Origin: an uncultured Desulfobacteraceae bacterium
GTDB taxonomy: Bacteria; Desulfobacterota; DSM-4660; Desulfatiglandales; HGW-15
Length of the DNA stretch: 64,000 nucleotides
Direction: 5' to 3'
NCBI GenBank assembly: GCA_964526655.1
Contig: CAZGIZ010000003.1
Coordinates: 851-64,850, forward strand
The position numbers and the translations under genes were made by a program. Shown here one piece after another: positions 9,266 to 18,157 of this stretch; position 1 is the first letter of the stretch; every line of letters begins with the position of its first letter. The notes under the pieces are model-generated. The model made no database searches, was not told where the DNA came from, and worked only from the letters and a program-made list of their open reading frames with translations.

Positions 9266-10030
9266 TCAGGCGGGAACAAAGCGCTTCTGGTTTTCATCGA
9301 ATCTGACTAATCCCTGCCTGGCTGAGTTCCCAAGGTATTTTGATGCTTCAGAAGGGTCTATGCCCATAATCTCGGAGATTTCTCCGGATGAACGGGGACT
9401 TTCCCGCAGGAGTGCCATAATCTGGCCCATTTCCAATTTATCGACAATTAATTCCTGAAAAAGCCTGTTATATTCGTCACTGTTGAAGAATTCATTATAT
9501 TCCTCTTCTGTCTCAAAACGTACTCTAAGCCTTTCCCTTTCCACCAGCTTAATATAGGGGATTATATTTTTGATCGCATCAAGTTTGGACTTTAATCCAT
9601 TAGCCCTTTCTCCTTTACCCTTGCCAAGAGGCCCCAACTCCCTCAGCTTTTTTGAAAAGTCATTCATAACTTCTGCAAAACGGATTCCTTCTGAGGCGGA
9701 TATCCACTCATGCCTCAATCTCTCGGGGTTCACCCCTGTCAGTTCCATTAATCTTCTGCATATATTCATTATGCTTAATGCAGCGTGATTCCCTTCGGTA
9801 ATATAGTGGCATTCGCCAAGCAGACAACCGCCGATAAACACCCCATCCATTCCATTTGAAAAAGCCCTGAGTATAAATGACATGTCCACCCTGCCCGTGC
9901 ACATGAGGCGGACAATCTTGATATTCGGAGGATATTGCAGTCTGGAAACTCCAGCCAGGTCAGCAGCCGAGTATCCTCACCAATTGCATAAAAAACCTAA
10001 TATTTTTGGTTTAAATTGAATTGGACTCAT
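9266..10030 (-). CDS. bamF: BamF / MvhD-like subunit with in-frame UGA (selenocysteine) at 9977-9979
   Basis: The ORF track starts at 9904 (MCTGRVD). The same frame read from ATG 10030 gives MSPIQFKPKILGFLCNW-TGA-GYSAADLAGVSRLQYPPNIKIVRL-MCTGRVD. That is the conserved MvhD/FlpD N-terminus, with the TGA in place of the second Cys of CNWC. Confidence 0.85.
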
Positions 10031-10121
10031 GTGTCCTCAACTCCTTTGTTAATAGTCACGGCTTTACTGCTTCTGTGAAAACAGACTTAAACCTTGAACC
10101 CTGAACCGTATAACCCTGTTT

Positions 10122-13100
10122 CTACACATCCCCAACCGCTGCATCAAATTGCTGGGTAATTTCTTCTTCTGTAGCAGAAGCCGCGTCAATTTGAGAGAAG
10201 ATCTCTTCATCGGTAAAGTGTTTTAGAAAAATAGCCCCTGTCGGGCACCTTGAGTTGCAAAGGCCGTCTCCTTTACAGAGGACAGGATTAACCCTGGCCT
10301 TTTTACCCTTTGGCGTTTCAACAAACTCTATGGCCCCATACTTACAAACAGATATACATGCCCCGCAAGATACACAATCGTTCTCATTTACCTCGCAAAT
10401 TGCCCCGGATGCTATGACCGCGTCACTTGCAAGTATGTTAACGGCCCGACCCGCGGCCCCGTAAGCCTGGCTGATTGTTTCTGTTATGTGTTTGGGATAG
10501 TGGGCTGTCCCGCACAGGAAAACGCCATCCGCGGCAAAGTCAACGGGCCTTAGTTTTACATGGGCCTCCTGGAAGAACCCATCGGGGTTTAAAGAAACTT
10601 TAAACAATTTGGATATCTCACTAATCGTTGCTGAAGGAATAACCGCGGCTGCAAGGGCCAGCAGATCGGCATTCAGCTCAAGCTTCTGACCCAAAACAGG
10701 ATCGGGGACGGTAATCTTCAGGACTGGTCTCCCTTCCTCTTCACCAACTTCCACCTCTGGTTTGGTTTCAGGAGTGTACCTGATGAACCTTACATCCTTG
10801 TCCGCGGCCTCCCGGTAATAATCCTCCTTAAATCCATAGGTCCTCATATCCCGGAAGATAATGGTAATATCCATATCAGGGTTCAGCTCTTTCAATTTCA
10901 GGGCGTTCTTTATGGAATGGCTGCAGCATACACGGCTGCAGTAATTTCTGTCTTCGTTTCTACAGCCCACACACTGGATCATCGCGAGACTTTTTGCGTT
11001 AATTACCTTTTCGTTTCCTTCTGCGATACGCTCGCCCAGCTCAATATTTGTAAATACCCTATCATCTTCACCATAGAGGTATTCCGTGGGCCGGTATTCT
11101 TCAGCGCCCGTGGCGATGATGGCTATTCCATGGTGAATCTCCTTGACCGTTCCTACGGACTTCACCCTGGTTATAAAATTTCCAACATAACCGGTAGAAT
11201 CTGTAATGGCAGAATTCGTATACACGTGAATCGAGGGGTGCTTGTAGACCTTGTGTATCAGATCATCAAGATATGCCTGGACATCCAGCCCTTCCAGGGT
11301 AAAATAAATTCTTCGGGCCATCCCGCCAAGGTCTTTGTCCTTTTCAATGAGGTAGACCTCAAAGCCCTGCTCAGCCAGGCTCAGGGCGCTGGTCATACCG
11401 GCAATGCCCCCTCCGACCACGAGTCCCCTTTTGTCAACGGGAAGCTCAAATTCCTGCAAAGGCTCCAAAAGAGCGCTCCTGGCTATCGCCATCCGGACTA
11501 TGTCCTTCGCCTTGGCCGTGGCGTCTTCCTTTTCTTTTGAGTGGACCCAGGAGCAATGCTCTCTTATATTGGCCATCTCAAAATAATAGGGATTAATCCC
11601 CCCTTCACGACAGGTGTCCCGGAACAATGGCTCATGGGTCCTGGGGGTGCATGCCGCCACGACAACACGATTGAGCCCTTTTTCCCGGATCGTGTTTGAT
11701 ATCTGCTGGGCATTATCGGTGGAACAGGCAAAGAGGCTTTCCTGGGCGTGGACAACATTGGGTAAGGCGGAGGCGTATTCAACCACGGAAGGGACATCAA
11801 CTACCCTTCCGATATTGGCTCCGCAATGACACACGAAGACACCAACCCTGGGCGTTTCTCCCGAGGCATCCCTTTCCAGAGGATACACCCTTTCTGTATC
11901 CAACTTTCCACGGCGGTAGGCAAGGAACTGGCTGCAAAGGGCATCGGCCCCGCTCGCGGTCATGACCGATTCGGGGATATCTATGGGACCCTGGAAGGCC
12001 CCGCTTACAAATATTCCCGGACGGGACGTCTCAATAGGGTTGACAGTATTGTTCTTGCAGAATCCGTGGGCATTTAGCTCGATGCCGAACTTTTCTGCCA
12101 GATTCTCCACATCATCGGGAGGATTCAATCCCACGGACAATACCACCAGATCGAATTCCTCTTCCTTTACCCCTTCATCAAAAGTAGAGTACCTTATGGT
12201 AACATTCTTGCTTTCAGGGATCTCTTTCCCTATTGACACATAGCTCCTGATAAACCGGACCCCGGGAAGGCTCTCCGCCCTCTGGTAAAACCGCTCAAAA
12301 TCCTTGCCAAAGGCACGGATATCGTTATGGAAAACCGTACACTCCGCCTCTGCATCATGGTCTTTTGTCAGGATCACCTGCTTCTGGGTATAGGTGCAGC
12401 ACACGCCAGAACAGTAACTGTTGCCCCCTTCAAGGATCTGCCTGGAACCCACGCATTGAATCCAGGCTATTTTATGGGGATGCTTCCTGTCGGAAGGGCG
12501 CCTTATCTCACCTTCATAGGGCCCCGTGGAGCATAACAGCCGTTCAAAATCAAGACTGGTTACCACGTTTTCAAACTTTCCATAGCCGTAGTCGTTCCTC
12601 AACCCGGGATCAAATATCCTGTAGCCCGGGGACAGGATGATCGCTCCCACCTCCACCTCAACCTTCTCCGCTTCCTGGTGAAGATCTATGGCTTCATTCT
12701 TACAGGCTCCGATACAGATGTTGCATTTCCCGTCTTTAAAGTAGAGGCAGGCTTCAGGATCCACATAGGTGATAAGGGGAACCGCTTGATTAAAGTATAT
12801 GTGGATGGCCTTGTTCAATGACAGGTTTTGATTAAAGGGGTCAGGGACCTTTACCGGACAGTACTCCACACAGGTTCCGCAACCCGTGCATCTGTCCTCT
12901 CTGATGTACCTGGGTTTCCTGATCAGGGTTACCCTGAAGTCTCCGGGTTCACCTTCTACACGTTCCACTTCAGTATAGGTCATGATCTCTATATTGGGAT
13001 GCCTGTCACATTCAATAAACTTTGGGGACTCAATGCACATGGAGCAGTCATTTGTTGGAAAGGTCTTGTCAAGCTGGGCCATCTTGCCCCCAATGGCAGG

Positions 13101-13253
13101 GGATTTATCCACCAGGTAGACCTTAAAACCAGTGTCAGCAAGGTCAAGGGCGGCCTGGATGCCGCTGATCCCAGCGCCTACAACCAAAACGTCTCCAAAT
13201 TTATCGTCCGATGAATTATCCAATACCTTTTCTTCAACTATTTCTTTTTCCAA
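10122..13253 (-). CDS. bamE: BamE-type HdrA-like FAD/Fe-S oxidoreductase (Cys version)
   Basis: 1043 aa with two dinucleotide-binding motifs (VVGAGISGIQAALDLA and VVGGGIAGMTSALSLA), several Cys clusters and C-terminal 2x[4Fe-4S] (CVSCGACISVC, CKGDGLCNSRCP). TGC at 13035-13037 occupies the position of the TGA in the paralogue at 1-1307. Confidence 0.88.
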   Translation of the reverse strand: MEKEIVEEKVLDNSSDDKFGDVLVVGAGISGIQAALDLADTGFKVYLVDKSPAIGGKMAQLDKTFPTNDCSMCIESPKFIECDRHPNIEIMTYTEVERVEGEPGDFRVTLIRKPRYIREDRCTGCGTCVEYCPVKVPDPFNQNLSLNKAIHIYFNQAVPLITYVDPEACLYFKDGKCNICIGACKNEAIDLHQEAEKVEVEVGAIILSPGYRIFDPGLRNDYGYGKFENVVTSLDFERLLCSTGPYEGEIRRPSDRKHPHKIAWIQCVGSRQILEGGNSYCSGVCCTYTQKQVILTKDHDAEAECTVFHNDIRAFGKDFERFYQRAESLPGVRFIRSYVSIGKEIPESKNVTIRYSTFDEGVKEEEFDLVVLSVGLNPPDDVENLAEKFGIELNAHGFCKNNTVNPIETSRPGIFVSGAFQGPIDIPESVMTASGADALCSQFLAYRRGKLDTERVYPLERDASGETPRVGVFVCHCGANIGRVVDVPSVVEYASALPNVVHAQESLFACSTDNAQQISNTIREKGLNRVVVAACTPRTHEPLFRDTCREGGINPYYFEMANIREHCSWVHSKEKEDATAKAKDIVRMAIARSALLEPLQEFELPVDKRGLVVGGGIAGMTSALSLAEQGFEVYLIEKDKDLGGMARRIYFTLEGLDVQAYLDDLIHKVYKHPSIHVYTNSAITDSTGYVGNFITRVKSVGTVKEIHHGIAIIATGAEEYRPTEYLYGEDDRVFTNIELGERIAEGNEKVINAKSLAMIQCVGCRNEDRNYCSRVCCSHSIKNALKLKELNPDMDITIIFRDMRTYGFKEDYYREAADKDVRFIRYTPETKPEVEVGEEEGRPVLKITVPDPVLGQKLELNADLLALAAAVIPSATISEISKLFKVSLNPDGFFQEAHVKLRPVDFAADGVFLCGTAHYPKHITETISQAYGAAGRAVNILASDAVIASGAICEVNENDCVSCGACISVCKYGAIEFVETPKGKKARVNPVLCKGDGLCNSRCPTGAIFLKHFTDEEIFSQIDAASATEEEITQQFDAAVGDV

Positions 13254-13275
13254 TTTTCTATGTCCTTGATATAGA

Positions 13276-13360
13276 GCTTTCAGCAGTCAGCGGTCAGCAA
13301 TCAGCCAACATCTCTTCTTTTATATTTTTTACTGAAAGCCGAAAGCTAAATGCTGATCGC
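13276..13360. repeat. intergenic hairpin built from tandem heptads (NNTCAGC)x4 and an inverted GCTGANN-type array
   Basis: Left arm, 13276-13305: GC TTTCAGC AGTCAGC GGTCAGC AATCAGC. Right arm, 13332-13360: CTGAAAG CCGAAAG CTAAATG CTGATCG C. It belongs to the same family as 36904-36985. Confidence 0.65.
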
Positions 13361-13393
13361 TCTCATCCATAAACGCCGTTTTATGGATGAGTG

Positions 13394-14545
13394 TTAAATC
13401 ACTTCCGCGATTATCTCCGTAATATCCTTGACCTCCAGCTTTTCCTCAACATCCAGGGTCAGCCTGCTGTCCTCAAAATTGCTGATGCAGTAAGGGCAGG
13501 ATGTAACCAGGACCTCGGCACCTACCTCCATGGCCTGTTCCAGTCTGAGGTCCGAGAATCTCTCACCCTTCGGGGTCTCCATCCAGATCCTGCCTCCCCC
13601 GCCCCCGCAGCAGAGACTGTCTTCACGCGAATCAGCCATCTCGCTCAGCTCCAGGCCGGGTATTTTCTGTAATACCTCCCTCGGTTCATCATAAATACCA
13701 TTGTGCCTCCCAAGGTAGCATGGATCATGATAGGCAACCTTCTTCCCATACTCCCCGGTGATCTCAAGCCTTCCTTCTTTAATAAGCTCGAACAGGTACT
13801 GGGTAATATGAACCACCTCAAATTTCACCATAAACTCGGGATACTCGTTCTTGAAGGTGTGATAACAATGGGGGGAAGAAACAAGGATCTTTTTCACACC
13901 GTTTTCGATAAAGTTCTTGATATTTTCCCTGGCCAGGCGCTTGAATAACTCCTCATCACCAGTCTTGCGGATGCTCTCCCCGCAGCAGCTTTCCTTTGAT
14001 CCCAATATCCCGAACTCCACTCCTGCCTTTTTAAGTATCTTTGCCGTGGCGGCTGCCACCTTCTTTAACCTCGGATCATAGCTGAGATAACAGCCGGAGA
14101 AATATAAAATCTCCATATCTTCGGTAAAGGGTTTGACTGACAGTTCTTTTGACCAGTCCGCCCTTTTTCCCCTCTCTTCTCCAAAGGGATTGCCTTCAGA
14201 GACAAGGTTCGCGTTTATGGTGCGTATCGGTTTGACAGGCGCCGGAAATACCCCGAATTCCGAGGCTATCCTTCGAGAGGAAACATTTACTTCTATCTGA
14301 TTCACCCCCCTCGGACATCTTTGAGGGCATCTCCCGCAGGTGGTGCAACGCCAGATCTCTTCCGTCTCTATCTCGGTCAGACCAAAGGTGGCCTGCCGGA
14401 TCAGCTTGCGCATGCTGAAGTCCCGAACCCTGTTCCAGGGACAGACAGCGTCACACAGTCCACATTGATAGCAATACTTGTAAGATTCCCCACCGGTCTC
14501 TTTTATGAGATCCAGTACCTCTCCTAAGGGCGTTACGGTTTCCAT
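13394..14545 (-). CDS. bamD: BamD-type HdrD-like Fe-S protein with two CCG domains
   Basis: Carries CYQCGLCDAVCP and CTTCGRCPQRCP plus CCG motifs (SKESCCGES, DSLCCGGGGG). The ORF track starts at a TTG at 14617, which abuts a repeat. The in-frame ATG at 14545 (METVTPLGE...) is preferred. Confidence 0.85.
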   Translation of the reverse strand: METVTPLGEVLDLIKETGGESYKYCYQCGLCDAVCPWNRVRDFSMRKLIRQATFGLTEIETEEIWRCTTCGRCPQRCPRGVNQIEVNVSSRRIASEFGVFPAPVKPIRTINANLVSEGNPFGEERGKRADWSKELSVKPFTEDMEILYFSGCYLSYDPRLKKVAAATAKILKKAGVEFGILGSKESCCGESIRKTGDEELFKRLARENIKNFIENGVKKILVSSPHCYHTFKNEYPEFMVKFEVVHITQYLFELIKEGRLEITGEYGKKVAYHDPCYLGRHNGIYDEPREVLQKIPGLELSEMADSREDSLCCGGGGGRIWMETPKGERFSDLRLEQAMEVGAEVLVTSCPYCISNFEDSRLTLDVEEKLEVKDITEIIAEVI

Positions 14546-14615
14546 GGTATCTCTTAGCCTCTGTTGTTGTTTCTTATTATTAGCCCTTCTCCCTATCTGC
14601 CTGGAAAAAGGGGCC

Positions 14616-14703
14616 AAGGATTCGAGGACTCAAGGGTCCAAGTGTCTAAAACCGTTTGTGCTCTTTATGCATTTCACTTGAATCCTTGACCCCTTGAATC
14701 CTT
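14616..14703. repeat. intergenic imperfect inverted repeat (29-nt arms made of ~8-nt CAAGGNNN units)
   Basis: AAGGATTCGAGGACTCAAGGGTCCAAGTG (14616-14644) faces CACTTGAATCCTTGACCCCTTGAATCCTT (14675-14703). It lies between bamC and bamD. Confidence 0.6.
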
Positions 14704-14744
14704 TCTTATAATCCACCAACTGCTTTCTATATTGTCCCTGCGTT

Positions 14745-15299
14745 TTACCCCTTCGACAATCGACTAAAGGTATCCAACACCTTCTTCTTTCCATATTTTT
14801 TAACCAATACTTCGTATGCCAGCTCCATATCCTCCCGCTTCACTTGCTCCTCTTCTTTATCGACTTCCACTTCCCTTTCTTCGTAGGTCAGGGCACCAAA
14901 GGTGCACGCGTCCACGCACATGGGCACTTCCAGGGGCGGGACACTTTCACACATATCGCACTTCAGGGGCAGACCGGAATCCGGTTCCCTGAAGGCTCCC
15001 CTCGAGGGGCAGGAGGCAGGGCAGAAGGTGCACTCGTCGTACTCCTTGCCGTCGATCACGTAGCGGTTTCTACCGTTACATTCCGCCTGGGTATATTCGC
15101 CGGCCCGTATCGGCACAAATATATCCCGGAATTCGTCCATGACGACCATGATCCGGGAGCGTGCGGGATTAACCGAGCTATATTTCGGTACTGCGTGGAA
15201 GGCGGAACACGCTATCTCACATGCCCTGCAGCCCACGCATTTGCTGGTATCCACCTTTATCTCTTTGACTATTTTTTTCTTTTTTCCATTGCCGTTCAC
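14745..15299 (-). CDS. bamC: BamC-type poly-[4Fe-4S] ferredoxin (second copy)
   Basis: 184 aa with the same Cys pattern as 1369-1920 (CVGCRACEIAC, CTFCPASCP, CDMC). Confidence 0.85.
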   Translation of the reverse strand: MNGNGKKKKIVKEIKVDTSKCVGCRACEIACSAFHAVPKYSSVNPARSRIMVVMDEFRDIFVPIRAGEYTQAECNGRNRYVIDGKEYDECTFCPASCPSRGAFREPDSGLPLKCDMCESVPPLEVPMCVDACTFGALTYEEREVEVDKEEEQVKREDMELAYEVLVKKYGKKKVLDTFSRLSKG

Positions 15300-15315
15300 G
15301 GTGACGCCCCCTTCT

Positions 15316-17274
15316 TTATTCCTTCTCTTTCTCGGCCCTGGGATCCTTTAGGGCAGTGACTTCATTCCCTGTCAGAACCCCTTCCTTGATAAGGTCTTCC
15401 GCCACGTAGCCCAGGCTCAATTTCTCCAGGGTCTCTTTGGTGGGAATCCCATCAAAAGTCCAGCCTTTAAAGTCATAATATTTGGTAAGCAACTGCTGCT
15501 CATATTCTTCATTCCTTACGGCCCAGTGATCCTCCGGTGGCCTCTCCATGTGTCTCCTCAGGCCTCTTCTGCTATTGAGGGCCCTGGCAAGGGTCCGGAT
15601 CCTCTGGAAGCATTCCCATAGCCTGTCTTTGTCCATCTCGATCCCAGCCACGAGACTGATTACATCAGGCATATTCCATACGTGATATCCTGTGGTGCCG
15701 CCAAACTGGCCCCTGAATGAGGACACGAATCCGCAAAGCCCCAATGAATCATCCAGGTAGTGCATGCACTCATTCCAATCACTAATTTCGACCATGGCCT
15801 GGTCGGGCAACTGATCGCGTTTTTCCCACTGCCTGAACCACTCATGGAACTTCTTATCAGGGACCGCGACCCAGTTCTTGATGAACTCTTCCCTCAGCTC
15901 AGGATCCGAGATCGGATCCTGGGGGAAGGAGCCTTCAGTCTGGGTGATAGCCATTTCCTCACCCGTGGCTATCATAAGAAAATAGGCCGGATTGAGTTTG
16001 CCCAGCTTTATGGGCAACTGCTCGAATTTCTTGACAGTGTTGTGATCAAATTGCTCGGAGCCCTTACCGATTATGGCAGCCGCGCCGGATACGCCATGGG
16101 CTAAAACATCTCCTATGCCGTCTCTATATGCTATTTTGTGAAGGAGATAGTAGAACCTTTGCCTGATGTCGGTAGGCATATCGGGAAAGTCTTTTTCCGT
16201 CAGGATCCCTGCATCCAGGAGCTCGAGGGCAAAGGCGATAACCTGCGGCGTTGAGTAGGAGTCCAACCCCAGGTCCATGGCAATAGGGAGTATCTCGTAG
16301 GTGAAGTCCAGCTCCTGGAAGGCGGCCATGTGATAGGTGTCTTTTCCGTAGCATTTGTAGGAAAATCTTCGCCGGTTCGGCCATTTGATGAGATTGTGGC
16401 ATGCCTTCGGACAGTTCCAGCAACCTGTCCAGCGGCTCATGTGGTCGTACTTGAGGTTCCGCCATCTCTCTTCGAGCTCCGGGCTCCAGAAGGTCTTTCT
16501 CCGTACACGGGCATTGCCCCAGGAGAAATTGTTGTGATGGAAGCTGTCATCTTCATCGGTGGCCATCCAGTCCCCGATATTCGGGTTCGCATCAAGCTCC
16601 TTCCTCAGGCGTGAGCACATCTCCCAGGCTTCAGCGGGGTGGGCGAGATTGACGTCTCTTGTCCCGCGGACGGCAATCGCCTTCAGCTTTTTGGCCCCCA
16701 TGACCGGCCCGACCGTTCGAGCGGCGCTCGAGTTGCCGCAATCGATGGAGGCCATAATGACCCTGTTCTCCCCGGCCGGACCAATAGCTGCCACCCAGGC
16801 CCTTTTGTCTTTCAACTCATCCTTGATCAAGGTCTGCGTCTCATCCATAAGTCTTCCACGGAGATGCCTGGCATCACGGATCTCGACTTTGTCGTCATGT
16901 ATCGCTAAATAGACCAGGTCGGGCGCCTCGCCCTTAATGACTATTCTGTCATAACCGGCCATTTTCATTTCCGCCCCGAAAAATCCGCCCATCAGGGAAT
17001 GCCCCAGAAATCCGTTCAACGGGGCAATCGTATCCACCGACACTCGGTTTGCCCCTGGAACGCATGTGCCGTTTAAAAGGCCATTACCGAATATAAGCAG
17101 GTTGTCGGGAGACCATGGATCCGTGCCCGGAGGAACCCGATCAAATAGCAGCTTCACGTTCATGCCGAGCCCCCCTAAAAACAATTCAGTATCTCTCGGA
17201 TCGGTCTCTACCTTTTCAATGCTTCCCTTTGACAGATCAACTTCTAATTGGAAGCCTGTCTCAGCGTACCTCAT
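15316..17274 (-). CDS. diverged BamB paralogue (AOR-family W-pterin subunit)
   Basis: 652 aa. The N-terminus is nearly identical to BamB (MRYAETGFQLEVDLSKGSIEKVETDPRDTELFLGGLG). It keeps CWNCPKAC, the KC Cys (FSYKCY) and a His in FHHNNFSWGN, but is diverged elsewhere. Confidence 0.85.
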   Translation of the reverse strand: MRYAETGFQLEVDLSKGSIEKVETDPRDTELFLGGLGMNVKLLFDRVPPGTDPWSPDNLLIFGNGLLNGTCVPGANRVSVDTIAPLNGFLGHSLMGGFFGAEMKMAGYDRIVIKGEAPDLVYLAIHDDKVEIRDARHLRGRLMDETQTLIKDELKDKRAWVAAIGPAGENRVIMASIDCGNSSAARTVGPVMGAKKLKAIAVRGTRDVNLAHPAEAWEMCSRLRKELDANPNIGDWMATDEDDSFHHNNFSWGNARVRRKTFWSPELEERWRNLKYDHMSRWTGCWNCPKACHNLIKWPNRRRFSYKCYGKDTYHMAAFQELDFTYEILPIAMDLGLDSYSTPQVIAFALELLDAGILTEKDFPDMPTDIRQRFYYLLHKIAYRDGIGDVLAHGVSGAAAIIGKGSEQFDHNTVKKFEQLPIKLGKLNPAYFLMIATGEEMAITQTEGSFPQDPISDPELREEFIKNWVAVPDKKFHEWFRQWEKRDQLPDQAMVEISDWNECMHYLDDSLGLCGFVSSFRGQFGGTTGYHVWNMPDVISLVAGIEMDKDRLWECFQRIRTLARALNSRRGLRRHMERPPEDHWAVRNEEYEQQLLTKYYDFKGWTFDGIPTKETLEKLSLGYVAEDLIKEGVLTGNEVTALKDPRAEKEKE

Positions 17275-17357
17275 TTTTTTACCCCTTTAAGTTATCTTAG
17301 CAGCCTGATGTCCGGCTGCGTAGGTTGTTCATATCTCACGTGCCTTCATAGCAGTTT

Positions 17358-17567
17358 CTAATGGCGAAAGGTCATTGAACCATGTCCGCCTTTCTTTTCC
17401 TTTACTTCCGGTCTGCCGGATTTTTCTCTTGCCGGAGGCGCCAAAGGAGTCTCTGTGATTGGAAGCAACCAGATGATATCTCCTAACTGATCCCTAAGAA
17501 TCTGCTCGGCGGCTTCTTTATCCGGGGCTTCAATTTCTAATTGGTTACAGTAAACCCTGAAAAACAT
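17358..17567 (-). CDS. hypothetical small protein
   Basis: 69-aa ORF with a strong RBS (GAGGAGGA, 6 nt upstream of ATG 17567), lying upstream of the BamB paralogue on the same strand. I recognise no motif. Confidence 0.4.
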   Translation of the reverse strand: MFFRVYCNQLEIEAPDKEAAEQILRDQLGDIIWLLPITETPLAPPAREKSGRPEVKEKKGGHGSMTFRH

Positions 17568-17634
17568 GCCTTATCCTCCTCTAATCACTTACTACCCGTC
17601 CCGCAATGATTGTTCATTGCAGGTTGCCCATATT

Positions 17635-17709
17635 TCATGGATCGGTTTCAAGCTTATAAATGCTTCCCCAGGATAGATCAATTCCCAGATTCACTCCTGT
17701 CTCTGCCAT
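17635..17709 (-). pseudogene. relic of a bamB 5' end (24 codons plus stop)
   Basis: It reads MAETGVNLGIDLSWGSIYKLETDP*, against MRYAETGFNLEIDLSRGSIERVETDP in BamB. At nucleotide level it closely resembles 3890-3944. Confidence 0.6.
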
Positions 17710-17851
17710 TTCATCTTTAAGGTCCATCTCGGTTAAAAAATCTTAAATTCTTAATCAAAATAGTGACTTGTTTATTAGAACTTCCCTTTTAGGGCTCACA
17801 CTCTACGGGATTCGACATTGTGTGTCAAGCCGGAATCAGGACAGGGATAAG

Positions 17852-17876
17852 TTTCATAATATGAAATAACATTTCA
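17852..17876. promoter_or_regulatory. array of TTTCA/TGAAA half-sites at 10-bp spacing (candidate IclR operator, distal)
   Basis: TTTCA-TAATA-TGAAA-TAACA-TTTCA. It contains the palindrome TGAAAT-AAC-ATTTCA (17862-17876). Confidence 0.35.
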
Positions 17877-18064
17877 ATATTGATAATATAAATATCATAT
17901 GGGAAATAATCAAGTCAAGAGAAAAATTCGCCATATTTTTGTACGGCATCGAGTGGAAATTAATCATTTTTTAGCAGGACTTAGGGAAAAGCGTCGCAGT
18001 GGGAGCCGCGTATTGCAAAGTCTATCTCGAATTAGTTTGACATTTTATAAAAATATGTATAAAT

Positions 18065-18079
18065 TGAAACATTATTTCA
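18065..18079. promoter_or_regulatory. candidate IclR operator (TGAAAC-ATT-ATTTCA), proximal to the regulator gene
   Basis: A near-palindrome of the same type as 17862-17876. It lies between a TTGACA (18037-18042) / TATAAA (18058-18063) promoter-like pair and the iclR-type start at 18158. Confidence 0.35.
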
Positions 18080-18157
18080 CAATATGGAATTTTGTTGACA
18101 CTTTACTCCGGTTCATTTAGAAGTTTCAACCCGTTTTTAAGATTAGATTAACAAAAC

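Noticed and set aside
13276-13360. Tandem short repeats considered as a possible CRISPR array (also 22031-22132 and 36904-36985)
   Set aside because: The units are 7-8 nt with no spacers, each array is followed by its own inverted complement, and no cas genes are present. These are hairpin-forming REP-like elements.
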